Shown: positions 1 to 10,434, counted from the first letter of the stretch. The stretch: 64,000 nt of DNA from a virus (IMGVR_UViG_3300028886_000031:216485-280484); one strand, 5' to 3'. Notes: a model not told the origin generated them from the letters alone. Numbers and translations are program-made.

Positions 1-2
1 CA

Positions 3-185
3 TTCCAATACACATGGAGTTGTTATAAAAAAGGTGATAAACCTTGCGGACAATGCGGACCATGTTTTATGAGAAGAACAGCATTTAGACGTAATGGTCT
101 AGAGGATCCATTAGAATATCCTAAAGATATGATATATGACGAGATAGAAGATATTAAAAAGAATATTGTTAGCAAGGAAGTATAA
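3..185 (+). CDS. queC: 7-cyano-7-deazaguanine synthase QueC, C-terminal fragment (5' end cut by window edge)
   Basis: Frame 3 is open from the window edge to TAA at 183-185. The translation ...[36 protein letters not shown] matches the QueC C-terminal Zn-binding SCY..CGxCxxC..R..AF..G.EDP motif. Confidence 0.5.
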   Translation, partial: FQYTWSCYKKGDKPCGQCGPCFMRRTAFRRNGLEDPLEYPKDMIYDEIEDIKKNIVSKEV

Positions 186-186
186 G

Positions 187-270
187 ATGATTGACATACT
201 TAAGATTCTTGCTGCTATAACAGTTGGATCATTAATAAGTTTAACTATCATTAAGCTTTTTATGTTATAA
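187..270 (+). CDS. small hydrophobic peptide (27 aa, MIDILKILAAITVGSLISLTIIKLFML)
   Basis: The ATG overlaps the upstream stop (TAAGATGA) and the product is a single-TM-like peptide. It is too short to support strongly. Confidence 0.25.
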   Translation: MIDILKILAAITVGSLISLTIIKLFML

Positions 271-280
271 GGAGTTATAA

Positions 281-550
281 ATGAGAGAGCCAAATTTCTT
301 CAAAAAATGCTACGTTAAAACAAAAATATTTTTTTGGAAGTTATTTACAAAAAATCGCGGAAGTTTATTAGATAATACTCTAGAACGTCTTAATAAAAAT
401 GCTTTAATGTCTGAAGCATCTGAACTTAATAGTTTCTGTAAAAAATCTAATATGGATCCAATTAAGTTTATAAAATGTGATCATATCAACATAAATGGTG
501 ACATCAATGGGAATCGTGAATATATAGATGTAGAAAATAAGGTTGCATAA
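281..550 (+). CDS. hypothetical protein (89 aa)
   Basis: ORF track. RBS ggagttataaATG. Part of the plus-strand run. Confidence 0.45.
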   Translation: MREPNFFKKCYVKTKIFFWKLFTKNRGSLLDNTLERLNKNALMSEASELNSFCKKSNMDPIKFIKCDHININGDINGNREYIDVENKVA

Positions 551-842
551 AATGACATACGAAGAGAAAGTAGAAAAGATAAAGCAAGTATGTGAAGATA
601 TGGATTGCGAATGCCAATTATTTAACAATCCATCATACCAATCAGCGTTAATTGGATATACAGTTAAAAACGATCAAGTAAAGGCTGTATATTCAGAAAA
701 AGGTATTCTTGATGAACTCCAATGGAAAAATAATTGGAATTATCATGAAGCATATGACTGGTATGAATATAACGTTCTAGGGTCTCTTCCAGATTGTATT
801 ATAATAGAATTATTCCCAGAAGAACCTAAGAAATACCACTAG
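543..842 (+). CDS. hypothetical protein (99 aa)
   Basis: ORF track. It overlaps the upstream gene by 8 nt, as is typical of phage operons. Confidence 0.5.
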   Translation: MHKMTYEEKVEKIKQVCEDMDCECQLFNNPSYQSALIGYTVKNDQVKAVYSEKGILDELQWKNNWNYHEAYDWYEYNVLGSLPDCIIIELFPEEPKKYH

Positions 843-882
843 GTTTCGAAAGTTAAATACAATCACATCTTATTTAAAATGT

Positions 883-1521
883 ATGATACCAAAAAGATTA
901 TTTTTTATATGGATAGGTAAAGATATTCCACAATATGTAAATTTCTGTATTAATGCTTTTAGAAAAACAAATCCTGATTTTGAAATAGAATTTGTTCACG
1001 AAAACTCTATCAATAATGATAATTTAGATTTCAAAGAAGTTTCTGATATTTTAAAAGATAAAGAAAGTATATATTATAAAATATGGTCCTCTCCATTTAA
1101 AAAGAGAAATTTAAATCATTCAACAATATCTAGAAATATATGGTTTTCTGATATTTTAAGAATTTATCTTGTTAATAAATATGGCGGTATTTATTTGGAT
1201 TGTGATACTTATCCAATTAAACCATTTGATAATAAATTATTATCTTTAAAATGCTTTAATATAATGACAAAAAATAGAAAAAATGAAGGATACACAGATT
1301 GTTTCTTTATAGGATCACAAATAGGAGAATATTTCAAAAATAAACGAACACATATATTAACAAATGTATTCTCAAACTACGAAATTAAAACTGATAAGGT
1401 TAATTCTGTTTTTTACAAAAATAGAAATAATTTTTTTAATTGTATAGAGGATTTTGATTTAGACTATTGTATGAAGAATAAGTATATTATACATTTTAAA
1501 GCGTTAGAATGGATGAAATAA
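883..1521 (+). CDS. glycosyltransferase, GT32-like (DXD sugar-binding region)
   Basis: N-terminal FIWIGKDIP...NP.FE and SDILRIYLVNKYGGIYLDCD resemble the Gly_transf_sug/GT32 signature, which includes a DxD motif. Confidence 0.5.
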   Translation: MIPKRLFFIWIGKDIPQYVNFCINAFRKTNPDFEIEFVHENSINNDNLDFKEVSDILKDKESIYYKIWSSPFKKRNLNHSTISRNIWFSDILRIYLVNKYGGIYLDCDTYPIKPFDNKLLSLKCFNIMTKNRKNEGYTDCFFIGSQIGEYFKNKRTHILTNVFSNYEIKTDKVNSVFYKNRNNFFNCIEDFDLDYCMKNKYIIHFKALEWMK

Positions 1522-1543
1522 ATTAAAAGGATCTTTTATCAAT

Positions 1544-2266
1544 ATGATCTATATTAGTCGTTTTTTTGGCGGTCTGTGTAATAATTTGTTACAACTTGAT
1601 AATGCATTTAAATTGTTTTATAGATTAAAAATAGATTTAAATTATCTAAAAATTAATCCTAAAACGCGTAATCCAAAATATCGCAATAGAAATGTAAATT
1701 TTTTATTTAAAGAATTAGAAAAGCATTATATACATCCAGAAACAGATAAAATATTTGCTGGATGTAGACCTATTGCATATAGAAGGGGAAAACCGCTTCC
1801 TAAGATTAATCTACAAAAAAGATATCTTTTATCTCCGATTCTTAATCCAAATGCAGATCGTACATATAATTATCTAAATATCTTGGAAAAACAAAAAATA
1901 ATTAAAGAAAAATATAAAGATATTGCTGATGATAATACAATAACTTTCCATATAAGAAGAGGAGATTATTTCTATCACAAAGGTTATAAGAAATTTATAT
2001 TATCAGATAAGTATATTTTAAATGCTATTCATAAATATTCCAAAAATAGAATATTAATTCTTACAAATCCAGAGAGTATAGATTATGTTAAGAACTTAAC
2101 AGGTAATCTTAAAAATATAATATATGCTTATGATCTAAATTTAAATTTAGATGAAGAGTTTTTACTTGGTAGTGTAACTAATTATGTTATAATGAATCCT
2201 AGAAGTAGTTTTTCTAAATTATTAAGAAGTTTCAATGTCAAATATTTAAAAGATAAAAAGAAATAG
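1544..2266 (+). CDS. glycosyltransferase family 11 (alpha-1,2-fucosyltransferase-like)
   Basis: N-terminal FGGLCNNLLQ resembles GGLGNQ(M/L)FQ. FHIRRGDYF matches the GT11 HxRRGDY motif. Confidence 0.5.
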   Translation: MIYISRFFGGLCNNLLQLDNAFKLFYRLKIDLNYLKINPKTRNPKYRNRNVNFLFKELEKHYIHPETDKIFAGCRPIAYRRGKPLPKINLQKRYLLSPILNPNADRTYNYLNILEKQKIIKEKYKDIADDNTITFHIRRGDYFYHKGYKKFILSDKYILNAIHKYSKNRILILTNPESIDYVKNLTGNLKNIIYAYDLNLNLDEEFLLGSVTNYVIMNPRSSFSKLLRSFNVKYLKDKKK

Positions 2267-2333
2267 GTTATTTTTACCTATAATATTTTTAGACTTCTTT
2301 ATTTTCTAACAAAAAAAATTTAAAGGAGTTTTT

Positions 2334-2672
2334 ATGACAAGAAAACAGTTAAGAACATTATTAGAAAGTTTTAAAATCGATCCATCTTTTATTATTGTAG
2401 CTGTACAATATGATAAAGCAACAATTAGATGTAAAGATACAGAACACAGAGAATCTACAGAGAAAATTTTAAAGGAAAATAATTTTCGTTCCATTACACC
2501 TTATAAATACAGAGATAAAAAATGTAGTTCTGAAATTTTTAAAGATATAGAATTTGAGATTCCTGAAAAATATAGAATCAAGAATACTAAAACTTATATG
2601 GATATTTTATGCGATCTAGATAATGCTGTATTAAAGAATGGACAATCTAAAAATATTCTATGTCATGATTAA
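2334..2672 (+). CDS. hypothetical protein (112 aa)
   Basis: ORF track. RBS aaaggagtttttATG. Confidence 0.5.
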   Translation: MTRKQLRTLLESFKIDPSFIIVAVQYDKATIRCKDTEHRESTEKILKENNFRSITPYKYRDKKCSSEIFKDIEFEIPEKYRIKNTKTYMDILCDLDNAVLKNGQSKNILCHD

Positions 2673-2711
2673 AATACTATGCTTTAATAAATATAAAAAG
2701 GTTGTTTTAAT

Positions 2712-3053
2712 ATGAAAAATTTGAATCCTATGTATACACAAGTATATTTACAAGAGAGTCATGCCAATAGAGTTAAGAAATATGGGAAAAAAGCAGCTAA
2801 AAAAATGGAAGAAACATATCGAAAGATAACTGGACATATGAAGGAAATTAAACCAGGAGGAAAGATATATGCTGCAAATTATAATGCTCCAGGAGGAAAT
2901 ACATTTGATACTTTGGTAAAATCTAAAGAAGCTTCAGAAGAGGCATTTTCTGCATTGAAGAGAAATTTAAAAGAAATTAAAAAAGGTGCGGAAAAACAAA
3001 GACAAGCTAGAGAAGCATCAAAATTAAATCCAAAAATTCTCAAGAAATCTTAA
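2712..3053 (+). CDS. hypothetical basic protein (113 aa)
   Basis: ORF track. The product is Lys-rich. Confidence 0.5.
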   Translation: MKNLNPMYTQVYLQESHANRVKKYGKKAAKKMEETYRKITGHMKEIKPGGKIYAANYNAPGGNTFDTLVKSKEASEEAFSALKRNLKEIKKGAEKQRQAREASKLNPKILKKS

Positions 3054-3058
3054 TAGAA

Positions 3059-3820
3059 ATGAAGATATTAGGACTAGATATAGCTACAAATACAGGATAT
3101 TGTATCTTAAATGAAGGAAAGTTGGAAACATATGGAATGTTAAATATTCCAACGGAAATGAATTTACTTCAACGAATTGGATTTTTCGAAAACAACATTA
3201 TTAAACTTCTTTCTGATTATTCTCCAGATTATGTAGCAATAGAAGATTTAATAATGGGAATATCAGGCGTTAAAACATTATCATATTTATCTAGATTAAG
3301 TGGAGTAGCACTATCTTGTTGCTATAAAAAAGTCCAGAATAATATTGCTTTATATACACCATCAGAATGGAAAGCTAACTCATTTGATGATCTGAATGGA
3401 ACGGCAAAAAAATATGAAATACAAATTGCTGTATGTAAACATTTTAAACTGATAGACGAAAATACATTAAATTCAATTACGGAAAAACTAAAAGGTATCA
3501 CGGATAATACAAGTTCAATTAAAAAGAAGATGGAAGTATTATCTTGTGATACAAAGAAATATATAGCGTTTCTTGCTAGAAAAAGAAACGGCTGTAAAAC
3601 AGAATCTGAAAAGAACTCATTCTTAAAACAAATAGAAGAGAATAAGAAGACAATTCAGATTTATAAAAAACAAATAGACGATTCCAAAAAGAATATAGAA
3701 AACACTTATAAAAATATAAGTTTGGAAATAATGTCCAAGTGTGGTTTGACTTGTGATGTCAGTGATTCCATTGGAATTGCCTATTGTTTATGGAAAAAAC
3801 TAAAACCATCTAGGATTTAA
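3059..3820 (+). CDS. RuvC/YqgF-fold nuclease (putative Holliday junction resolvase)
   Basis: The N-terminus MKILGLDIATNTGYCIL resembles the RuvC-family first catalytic Asp motif, but the 253-aa length is longer than typical RuvC. Confidence 0.4.
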   Translation: MKILGLDIATNTGYCILNEGKLETYGMLNIPTEMNLLQRIGFFENNIIKLLSDYSPDYVAIEDLIMGISGVKTLSYLSRLSGVALSCCYKKVQNNIALYTPSEWKANSFDDLNGTAKKYEIQIAVCKHFKLIDENTLNSITEKLKGITDNTSSIKKKMEVLSCDTKKYIAFLARKRNGCKTESEKNSFLKQIEENKKTIQIYKKQIDDSKKNIENTYKNISLEIMSKCGLTCDVSDSIGIAYCLWKKLKPSRI

Positions 3821-3824
3821 ATGT

Positions 3825-4946
3825 ATGACAAACTTAACAACTAGACAACAAGATTTTTTGGATGTCTATAAGAGATGTAATCTAGATATGTCAGCTGCAG
3901 CAAATCTTATGGGCGTCAGTAGAGATGTCTTTAGAATGACAATCTACAGGATAGAAAAAAAGATTGGAAAAATAGAAGATGTGGATAGAATAGATGATAC
4001 GAACATTGTAAAATCTACATCTACACTCTATGATAAAGATGGAAACATTCTCAATAAATGGGTTAAAGCAGATACAAGCAAAAATCAACTAAAACATCTA
4101 GCTAAGAAGTTTATAGCAGAATATTCTAAACAACTCCCAAAGTACAAACCAGGACCGTATGGTAAAAAATATATCTATGATAATAAGTTGATTGTTTATC
4201 CAATTGCCGACGTACATCTTGGAATGTTATCTTGGTTTAATGAAACCAAGAATAATTATAATACGAAAATTGCAGATGATACAGTTAGAAAAGCTGTATC
4301 TGAATTAATTTCTAATTCTCCATGCTGTCAAGAATGTTTGATATGTAATTTAGGTGACTTCTTACATGTAGATAATCTGTTTAACAAAACTCCAAAGAAT
4401 GAAAATATACTAGATGTGGACTCTAGATATGCTAAGATTCTTAACATAGCAATTAAGCTAATGAGATATATTATAGAATATTCTCTTGTTAGACACAGAC
4501 ACGTTACAATTGCTAACTGTATCGGAAACCATGATCCAATAGGGTCTCTATGGTTAAATTCAGCATTACAGAATATATATGAAAAAGAAAAAAGAATTAC
4601 CATATTAGATAACTCATCTCAGAGATTATATTACAGATATGGTAATAACTTATTTGGAATGTCCCATGGATCAGAGATAAAAGAAAAAGATTTACCTCTT
4701 TTAATGGCTACAGAAGAAAGAGAAGATTGGGGTAATACGGACTATCATTATTGGTTTCTTGGTCATTGGCATCACAATAAGTCTGTAGATATATGCGGTT
4801 GTAATGTAGAAGCATTTTCACCTATATGTGCCAAAGATGCTTATGCTGTATCAAAAGGTTATAATTCAAAGAGTAAAATACAATTCATAACATATGATAA
4901 AGATGATGGTGAAAAAGAAAGATATTCTATATATCTCAAATATTAA
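3825..4946 (+). CDS. HTH domain fused to calcineurin-like metallophosphoesterase
   Basis: The N-terminus is HTH-like (AANLMGVSRDVFRMTIYRIEKK). It is followed by the metallophosphoesterase motifs DVHLG, GDFLHVDN, GNHD and GHWHH. Confidence 0.6.
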   Translation: MTNLTTRQQDFLDVYKRCNLDMSAAANLMGVSRDVFRMTIYRIEKKIGKIEDVDRIDDTNIVKSTSTLYDKDGNILNKWVKADTSKNQLKHLAKKFIAEYSKQLPKYKPGPYGKKYIYDNKLIVYPIADVHLGMLSWFNETKNNYNTKIADDTVRKAVSELISNSPCCQECLICNLGDFLHVDNLFNKTPKNENILDVDSRYAKILNIAIKLMRYIIEYSLVRHRHVTIANCIGNHDPIGSLWLNSALQNIYEKEKRITILDNSSQRLYYRYGNNLFGMSHGSEIKEKDLPLLMATEEREDWGNTDYHYWFLGHWHHNKSVDICGCNVEAFSPICAKDAYAVSKGYNSKSKIQFITYDKDDGEKERYSIYLKY

Positions 4947-4978
4947 ATAAATTTAAAACAGATTTTAGAAGGTACAGC

Positions 4979-5710
4979 ATGAATCATTATAATTTTTTAG
5001 CTGAAAATGTCTTGAAAACAAAGACACATTGGTCAAAATCTAATCAAGTCAATGCTATTAATGAACTAGTATTAAAATATCCAACAGCAAAGCAATTTAA
5101 AAATGCTGTTATAAGAAATGGTGATAGAAAATCAATTGAATTAATCCAGAATCTTCCGGATAATGCATCTAGATCTGACTATGTTGATTTCTTACAATCA
5201 GCATTTACGAAATATTCAACTATTGGAAAAAATATACTTTCTGCAGCTGCCGGAGTTGGTATTGGTGCAGCGACAGCATATGCAGCAGGAAAAGCTGTAG
5301 ATGCTAGCACTTCGCCAAGAACAAATTCAACACAAGAAGCACCGACAACGACACAACCACCTACAACTCCTCCAGCAACACCTCCGGCTCCAAATAATCA
5401 AGCACTTATTGATCCAACAAGTTATACTGGACGTGCTTTAAGAGCAATGGGTGCAAAGACAAATAGTCTAGGTGGAATTGTTGGAAATAGAATGAATGCC
5501 ATCGGTTTAAATGGACAGAGACTTTCTAGTATGGCAAGTAGAGCAGCAGCTGATACAAGAGGAGAAATCTTTAGTCAACAAAGAAGAGGTATTCAGGCTC
5601 TTGGTGGCGCAGCTGGATTTGGATTGGGAACTGCTGGAGCTCACGGAATTCAATCTTGGAGGCAGAAGAAACTTCAAGATAGGATAGAAGCACTCAAAAA
5701 TGGATATTAA
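4979..5710 (+). CDS. hypothetical protein with a Gly/Ala-rich segment and a Pro/Thr-rich linker
   Basis: ORF track. It contains low-complexity AAGVGIGAATAYAAG and TTTQPPTTPPATPPAP, so it may be structural. Confidence 0.5.
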   Translation: MNHYNFLAENVLKTKTHWSKSNQVNAINELVLKYPTAKQFKNAVIRNGDRKSIELIQNLPDNASRSDYVDFLQSAFTKYSTIGKNILSAAAGVGIGAATAYAAGKAVDASTSPRTNSTQEAPTTTQPPTTPPATPPAPNNQALIDPTSYTGRALRAMGAKTNSLGGIVGNRMNAIGLNGQRLSSMASRAAADTRGEIFSQQRRGIQALGGAAGFGLGTAGAHGIQSWRQKKLQDRIEALKNGY

Positions 5711-6593
5711 TATGAATAGTGATTATTCATTTCTAGAAGAATTCTTAATTCCTGCATTACTTACGCTTGGTGCATATTCTACTTTTAAAAATATGAGTCA
5801 ATCTGCATTAAACGCTAAAATGATGAATAGTATGCAGAAGGAATTAGGTAGATGTGATCCTAGAAATAGAAAATTAGCATTAAGCATTGTAAATAGATAT
5901 AGTACACAACTTACTCAAATTTATGCTAGAAAACTAGACAAAAAAACTTTAAAAAAATTAGCTGGTGCACAGAATTTAATCAATACTTATTTTAAAAGAC
6001 CACTTGATGAAATTATTAATAGTCCTAATCCAAATTGGAAAAGAGATTTATCGTTTTTCTTACAAAAAAATATTACATCTATTAATAGAAAACAGAATGC
6101 TTCTAATATGCTTACTCTTGCTGCACTTGGAACTGGTGCTGGTATAGCAACCGCTGGTGCCGCTACAGCAACAGGTGCAGCGCTCGGTCAAGTAAGTTTA
6201 TCTTTATTTGGATATAGAGTTATTCAATCTCAGCTTAAACATTTCAATTCTGTATATTACATAAAAAATATGTTGAAAGAAATGGAAGCATGTAATGACA
6301 GACAAACAGCATTAAAAATAGTGGATAAATATTGCTATCAGATATCTCAAGGATTAAATAGTATTGTAATTAAATCCGGAAAAAAAGTTCCTATGGATAT
6401 TCAATTAGAACTTCGAACAAGATTAGCAAAACCATTAATTGATATTATTAATAATCCAAACAACAAATACTGGAAGATATTAGCTATAGATTATATTAAA
6501 TCACATAGAGCACAAGAAACTATACAATATGTTAGCAATACTATATCACAACTCATTATTCCTACTGCAATAAGAAAATCATTAGGAAGATAA
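5700..6593 (+). CDS. hypothetical protein (297 aa) with a Gly/Ala-rich hydrophobic segment
   Basis: ORF track. It overlaps the upstream gene by 11 nt. Confidence 0.5.
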   Translation: MDINMNSDYSFLEEFLIPALLTLGAYSTFKNMSQSALNAKMMNSMQKELGRCDPRNRKLALSIVNRYSTQLTQIYARKLDKKTLKKLAGAQNLINTYFKRPLDEIINSPNPNWKRDLSFFLQKNITSINRKQNASNMLTLAALGTGAGIATAGAATATGAALGQVSLSLFGYRVIQSQLKHFNSVYYIKNMLKEMEACNDRQTALKIVDKYCYQISQGLNSIVIKSGKKVPMDIQLELRTRLAKPLIDIINNPNNKYWKILAIDYIKSHRAQETIQYVSNTISQLIIPTAIRKSLGR

Positions 6594-6645
6594 AATTAAA
6601 GTGATAAATAAAAAATTTACCACTTTAGATTTAAATATCTATTAA

Positions 6646-7047
6646 TTAGATATTGTCACCGATATTATCATCCGGCGTATTAAATGGAACAGCCATAGCT
6701 TGAGCTGTATTTAAAACTGCACTTACTGGTCCAGCAATGGCATGAAGGATATATTTACCAAATCCACTCTTGCAGATATATTTTCTAATAAGTGCTTTAT
6801 ACTCTTCGTATGATGTATCCGCATCAAGTCTCGCAGCAAGCATTTTTGCACTTATATGATTAATTTTCTGCAATCTGGCTTTTAAATCTAATGGATTAGG
6901 ATATTTTCCTATAATTTGATTGACAATTTCTATATCCTTAATCACCTTTGAACCAACGCCAGCTGCCATAGAAGGTCCATACCAGTCCCAGAAGCCTATT
7001 TCCTCTGTTACAATTCTTTTTAATGGATTTTTATTACTCTTTTTCAT
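6646..7047 (-). CDS. hypothetical protein (133 aa)
   Basis: ORF track. It is convergent with the upstream plus-strand block. Confidence 0.5.
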   Translation of the reverse strand: MKKSNKNPLKRIVTEEIGFWDWYGPSMAAGVGSKVIKDIEIVNQIIGKYPNPLDLKARLQKINHISAKMLAARLDADTSYEEYKALIRKYICKSGFGKYILHAIAGPVSAVLNTAQAMAVPFNTPDDNIGDNI

Positions 7048-7085
7048 TTTAAATTTCCTAATACATGTATTTAAAATTTATTAAT

Positions 7086-7790
7086 TTATAACATCGTAAA
7101 TCTCTTCATTAACTTGATGATTTTATTTTCAACAAGATAATCAAGGGCATTACCAGTATATGTATTTCCATTATTTAGCGTATAAAAATTTTTAGCCTCA
7201 TTAAGAATTTTTAATCCTTCTGTATGAGTTAATTCCATACACTTTCCTTCTTGTCTAACTTCTGTTACCTGAGATCCTTTATGTGAAGGTTCAGAAACAG
7301 CATCATAGCTGATAACGATTAAAGGCGCTTGAACATATTGCGCACCACCAGCATCGTTTACGTCAGCTAGACCTCTAAGAGAGAATCCTACTGGTATATG
7401 ATCAGCAATTAGACCACTTAGAATTTTTCCAGAAGCAGAATAAGGAAGGCTTTCTATTACTCCTTTAATTCTATTTCCTTCCCACCACCACTCTCTAACG
7501 ATATGTGATGCGTTTTTATATTCTACCGTTGTTTGCCTAATTTGATTATCGCTAATAGGATGGTCTAGTTCACATACAAATCGTCTATTATCTATTTTTT
7601 CCTGAATAGCTTTCATTCCTTGGTCCAAAACACTTCTTGGATAAACTCTTCTGTTTTGGTTTTTCTCATCAGCTGTTTGTAGATAACATTCGGCAATTAC
7701 TTTACCATCAGTATATTTTTTAAATCTATCAGGAACATCAAAGACTGCTCCTTCTATAACAATTGAAGGCGTTACTTTTGTTTTTGTCAT
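7086..7790 (-). CDS. hypothetical protein (234 aa)
   Basis: ORF track. Confidence 0.5.
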   Translation of the reverse strand: MTKTKVTPSIVIEGAVFDVPDRFKKYTDGKVIAECYLQTADEKNQNRRVYPRSVLDQGMKAIQEKIDNRRFVCELDHPISDNQIRQTTVEYKNASHIVREWWWEGNRIKGVIESLPYSASGKILSGLIADHIPVGFSLRGLADVNDAGGAQYVQAPLIVISYDAVSEPSHKGSQVTEVRQEGKCMELTHTEGLKILNEAKNFYTLNNGNTYTGNALDYLVENKIIKLMKRFTML

Positions 7791-8001
7791 GATTATTCTC
7801 GTTATAAAATAGTTTTAATTTTATTCGATATTAAATATTTAGCTTTTTCTATATATATTCAATATCAAGTTATTAAGGATATTTATCTTTTAAATGTCCT
7901 AAACCGACAACGGTCATAGAAATTAAAAATAAAATGCTTAAAAAAATATCAATAATCATAAATTAATCCTTATTTTGTTTTTATTAAAAAAGGAGTTTTA
8001 A
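7791..8001. promoter_or_regulatory. divergent AT-rich intergenic region (likely promoters for 7790- and 8002+)
   Basis: A 211-nt, very AT-rich spacer lies between divergently oriented genes. It also contains a possible 26-aa hydrophobic minus-strand mini-ORF (7880-7960). Confidence 0.3.
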
Positions 8002-8505
8002 ATGGCTAAACCTAGAATGCTTATTGTTCGTGGTCTTCCAGGATCAGGAAAATCTACGTATGTTAGAAATAACTATACTGGACTTTTTATTTTAGAGACA
8101 GATTGTTTCAATTGTGTTTCTGGACAGTATTATTGGACATCCGATAGAAGTACTGAAGCAATTAGACTTATAGATCGTATAAGTCTCGAGATTATGTCTA
8201 GCTCTAATACTCCAGATTTTGCTATCACTGGAGTCTTTGGTAGACCGTATAGTATGTTAAATCATATATATAGAGCTGAAGAAAATGGATATGATGTCTA
8301 TATCAAAACATTGACAAGTCAATATCCAAATATACATAATGTCCCAAAAGAAACTATTCAGATGTTTAAAAATAATTTTTTGTCAGAAGAACAATTAAAA
8401 GAAACATTTAAATCTTTCCAACATGTACATTATACAGAAATGCCAAAAATAAATTGGGAATTTCACGGAGAACCTGATAATGATTTCTCTAAGAACAAAG
8501 AATGA
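8002..8505 (+). CDS. P-loop kinase (polynucleotide kinase-like / AAA_33-type)
   Basis: Walker A MLIVRGLPGSGKST at the N-terminus, as in the T4 Pnk kinase domain and zeta-like kinases. It is a stand-alone 167-aa protein. Confidence 0.55.
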   Translation: MAKPRMLIVRGLPGSGKSTYVRNNYTGLFILETDCFNCVSGQYYWTSDRSTEAIRLIDRISLEIMSSSNTPDFAITGVFGRPYSMLNHIYRAEENGYDVYIKTLTSQYPNIHNVPKETIQMFKNNFLSEEQLKETFKSFQHVHYTEMPKINWEFHGEPDNDFSKNKE

Positions 8506-8516
8506 GGTAGTTCAGA

Positions 8517-9032
8517 ATGTTTTTGAAAGTTAAACAATGGGTAAATAATACAACAAGAAATATAACTATTAATACGGATCAAATTGCATGTTATTCGGAA
8601 TTTAAACATATAAAAAATTCCACAGAGATTTATCTTTCAAATAACCAATTAATAATAATTCTTCAGCCAGTATCATGGTTTGATGATATACTTGTATATA
8701 AAAATCAAGATCCAACTCCTGTTAAAGAAATAGACGATCATATAATAGTAGAGGGTGATGATAATCCTTTAGGATTTAGTACAGTTCCTAAGTCTGTAGA
8801 AAATGATGACCAAGATTCTAGTGAGCGTATGGCTACAGAAAAACAAATTAGTTATATGAAATCTATTCGTGAAAAGAAAGGTTTAAATGTTAAATTTCCA
8901 AATCATATAACATTTAAATTTGCTAAAGAATTTCTAGATAAATATGCACCAAAGAAAAAACAGAAATCTGAATTTGATTGGGAACAACTAGATGAAGATT
9001 CTGATGGTGAATTCCCTGGATACAGGGATTAG
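8517..9032 (+). CDS. hypothetical protein (171 aa)
   Basis: ORF track. Confidence 0.5.
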   Translation: MFLKVKQWVNNTTRNITINTDQIACYSEFKHIKNSTEIYLSNNQLIIILQPVSWFDDILVYKNQDPTPVKEIDDHIIVEGDDNPLGFSTVPKSVENDDQDSSERMATEKQISYMKSIREKKGLNVKFPNHITFKFAKEFLDKYAPKKKQKSEFDWEQLDEDSDGEFPGYRD

Positions 9033-9046
9033 GAAAGGAGTTTAAA

Positions 9047-9967
9047 ATGTCAAACAAACCATCTTTTAGAATTTTTAAAATGGTTAAAGGAAAAAAGAAA
9101 GTTGTTCATACTTTTGAATCCGATAACTATAACACAGCATATGAATATTTTAATGATTATTTTAAAAGAAATTTAGAAAAACCAGATTGTAAAGATAAAT
9201 ATTATTTTGAAATAATACATGAATACATAGGTCCAGATGGAAAGAAATATGATGATTTACATAAATTTCTTTTTGGAGGACCAGATGATAAATATGATAA
9301 AGAGTCCAGAAATTATGATATATCAAGCATAGATTGTTTTAGAAAGAATACAGATATTAATAAAACTCTTCAAGAATCAAAAGAAGCTGTTCACAAAGTT
9401 ATATCTAAATCTAAAGAAATGATAGATCATTATTGGTATCTTGTAAAACTTCTTGAAAGTACAGATATAAAAACTGCTCCAGAAGAGCAGATGGATGAAA
9501 TAACTCATGGCATTACTAAATTTTATGATCTAGAACATGATGTTGAAAATTATACAAATATGATTAATGACAAGCATCAGATATCTGAATATTGGAGTCT
9601 TGATTATCATATGCTCGAAGATTTAAAATACAATATTCCTTTATTAATTAAGAAAGGACATACATATCCAGCATGTTATGATGAAAAAGTAAAAGGTACA
9701 AATAAAAAACCTTGGGATTTATGGAAAGAAGATCTTAAAAAACTTCTTCTTAATGTAAATCTTTACTTGTATTATAAGAGTTATGGTCATATAGATAAGA
9801 GTGACAAACAATTAGTTGCTATTCATAAAAAATACAAAAATACGATTCCAATACATCCAGGAACAAAACGCGATATAGATCATACTAAATTATATGAGTT
9901 AATGCAAAAACATTGGAATTATGTATGGAATTGGATTAAAGAGTATGGTCAAGCTCTTTGGGATTAA
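9047..9967 (+). CDS. hypothetical protein (306 aa)
   Basis: ORF track. RBS ggaaaggagtttaaaATG. Confidence 0.55.
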   Translation: MSNKPSFRIFKMVKGKKKVVHTFESDNYNTAYEYFNDYFKRNLEKPDCKDKYYFEIIHEYIGPDGKKYDDLHKFLFGGPDDKYDKESRNYDISSIDCFRKNTDINKTLQESKEAVHKVISKSKEMIDHYWYLVKLLESTDIKTAPEEQMDEITHGITKFYDLEHDVENYTNMINDKHQISEYWSLDYHMLEDLKYNIPLLIKKGHTYPACYDEKVKGTNKKPWDLWKEDLKKLLLNVNLYLYYKSYGHIDKSDKQLVAIHKKYKNTIPIHPGTKRDIDHTKLYELMQKHWNYVWNWIKEYGQALWD

Positions 9968-10419
9968 GAAAGGAGTATATTATGGAACTTAAATTCGCTG
10001 GTTGGATAACATATCATGATAGTGATGGTAAGAAAAAACATCCAGAAATACATGATCTATTAGAAATTGCTGGAAAATTAAATCTAGATTCAGAAGCTAA
10101 AAAACATTTATGGTATATGACAGAGAAAATAATCAAAGAAGAAATTATTAAACATAAATATAAGTTTAGTGGTGAATATCATCAATATGGTGAATGTGGA
10201 ATTCCAGTATTTGAGTTAGATGGTGAGCTTGGATATGATATGTGGAGTTTTAGATCATGGGGAGGTATAATGGCTGATTGCTGGAATGAAATAGAACAAA
10301 AATCGGAGTATGATTATATAGATTTTTATATGTGGCCTGATAAAAAAGAATCAGTTTCAGCACATACAGAATTAGAATATTATAATTCTAATAATGGAAA
10401 GGAAATTGAAAAGGACTGA
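9958..10419 (+). CDS. hypothetical protein (153 aa)
   Basis: ORF track. RBS agaaaggagtatattATG. Confidence 0.55.
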   Translation: MGLRKEYIMELKFAGWITYHDSDGKKKHPEIHDLLEIAGKLNLDSEAKKHLWYMTEKIIKEEIIKHKYKFSGEYHQYGECGIPVFELDGELGYDMWSFRSWGGIMADCWNEIEQKSEYDYIDFYMWPDKKESVSAHTELEYYNSNNGKEIEKD

Positions 10420-10434
10420 TGTTTACATCTATCT

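Noticed and set aside
111-293. 60-aa minus-strand ORF
   Set aside because: It lies antisense to the QueC fragment and the following small gene. It has low complexity, and the AT-rich composition makes such shadow ORFs frequent.
404-628. 74-aa minus-strand ORF
   Set aside because: It is antisense to two well-packed plus-strand genes.
6594-6645. Possible terminator between convergent genes 5700-6593 and 6646-7047
   Set aside because: There is only a weak 6-bp stem (AAAGTG/CACTTT) with a very large loop, which is not convincing.
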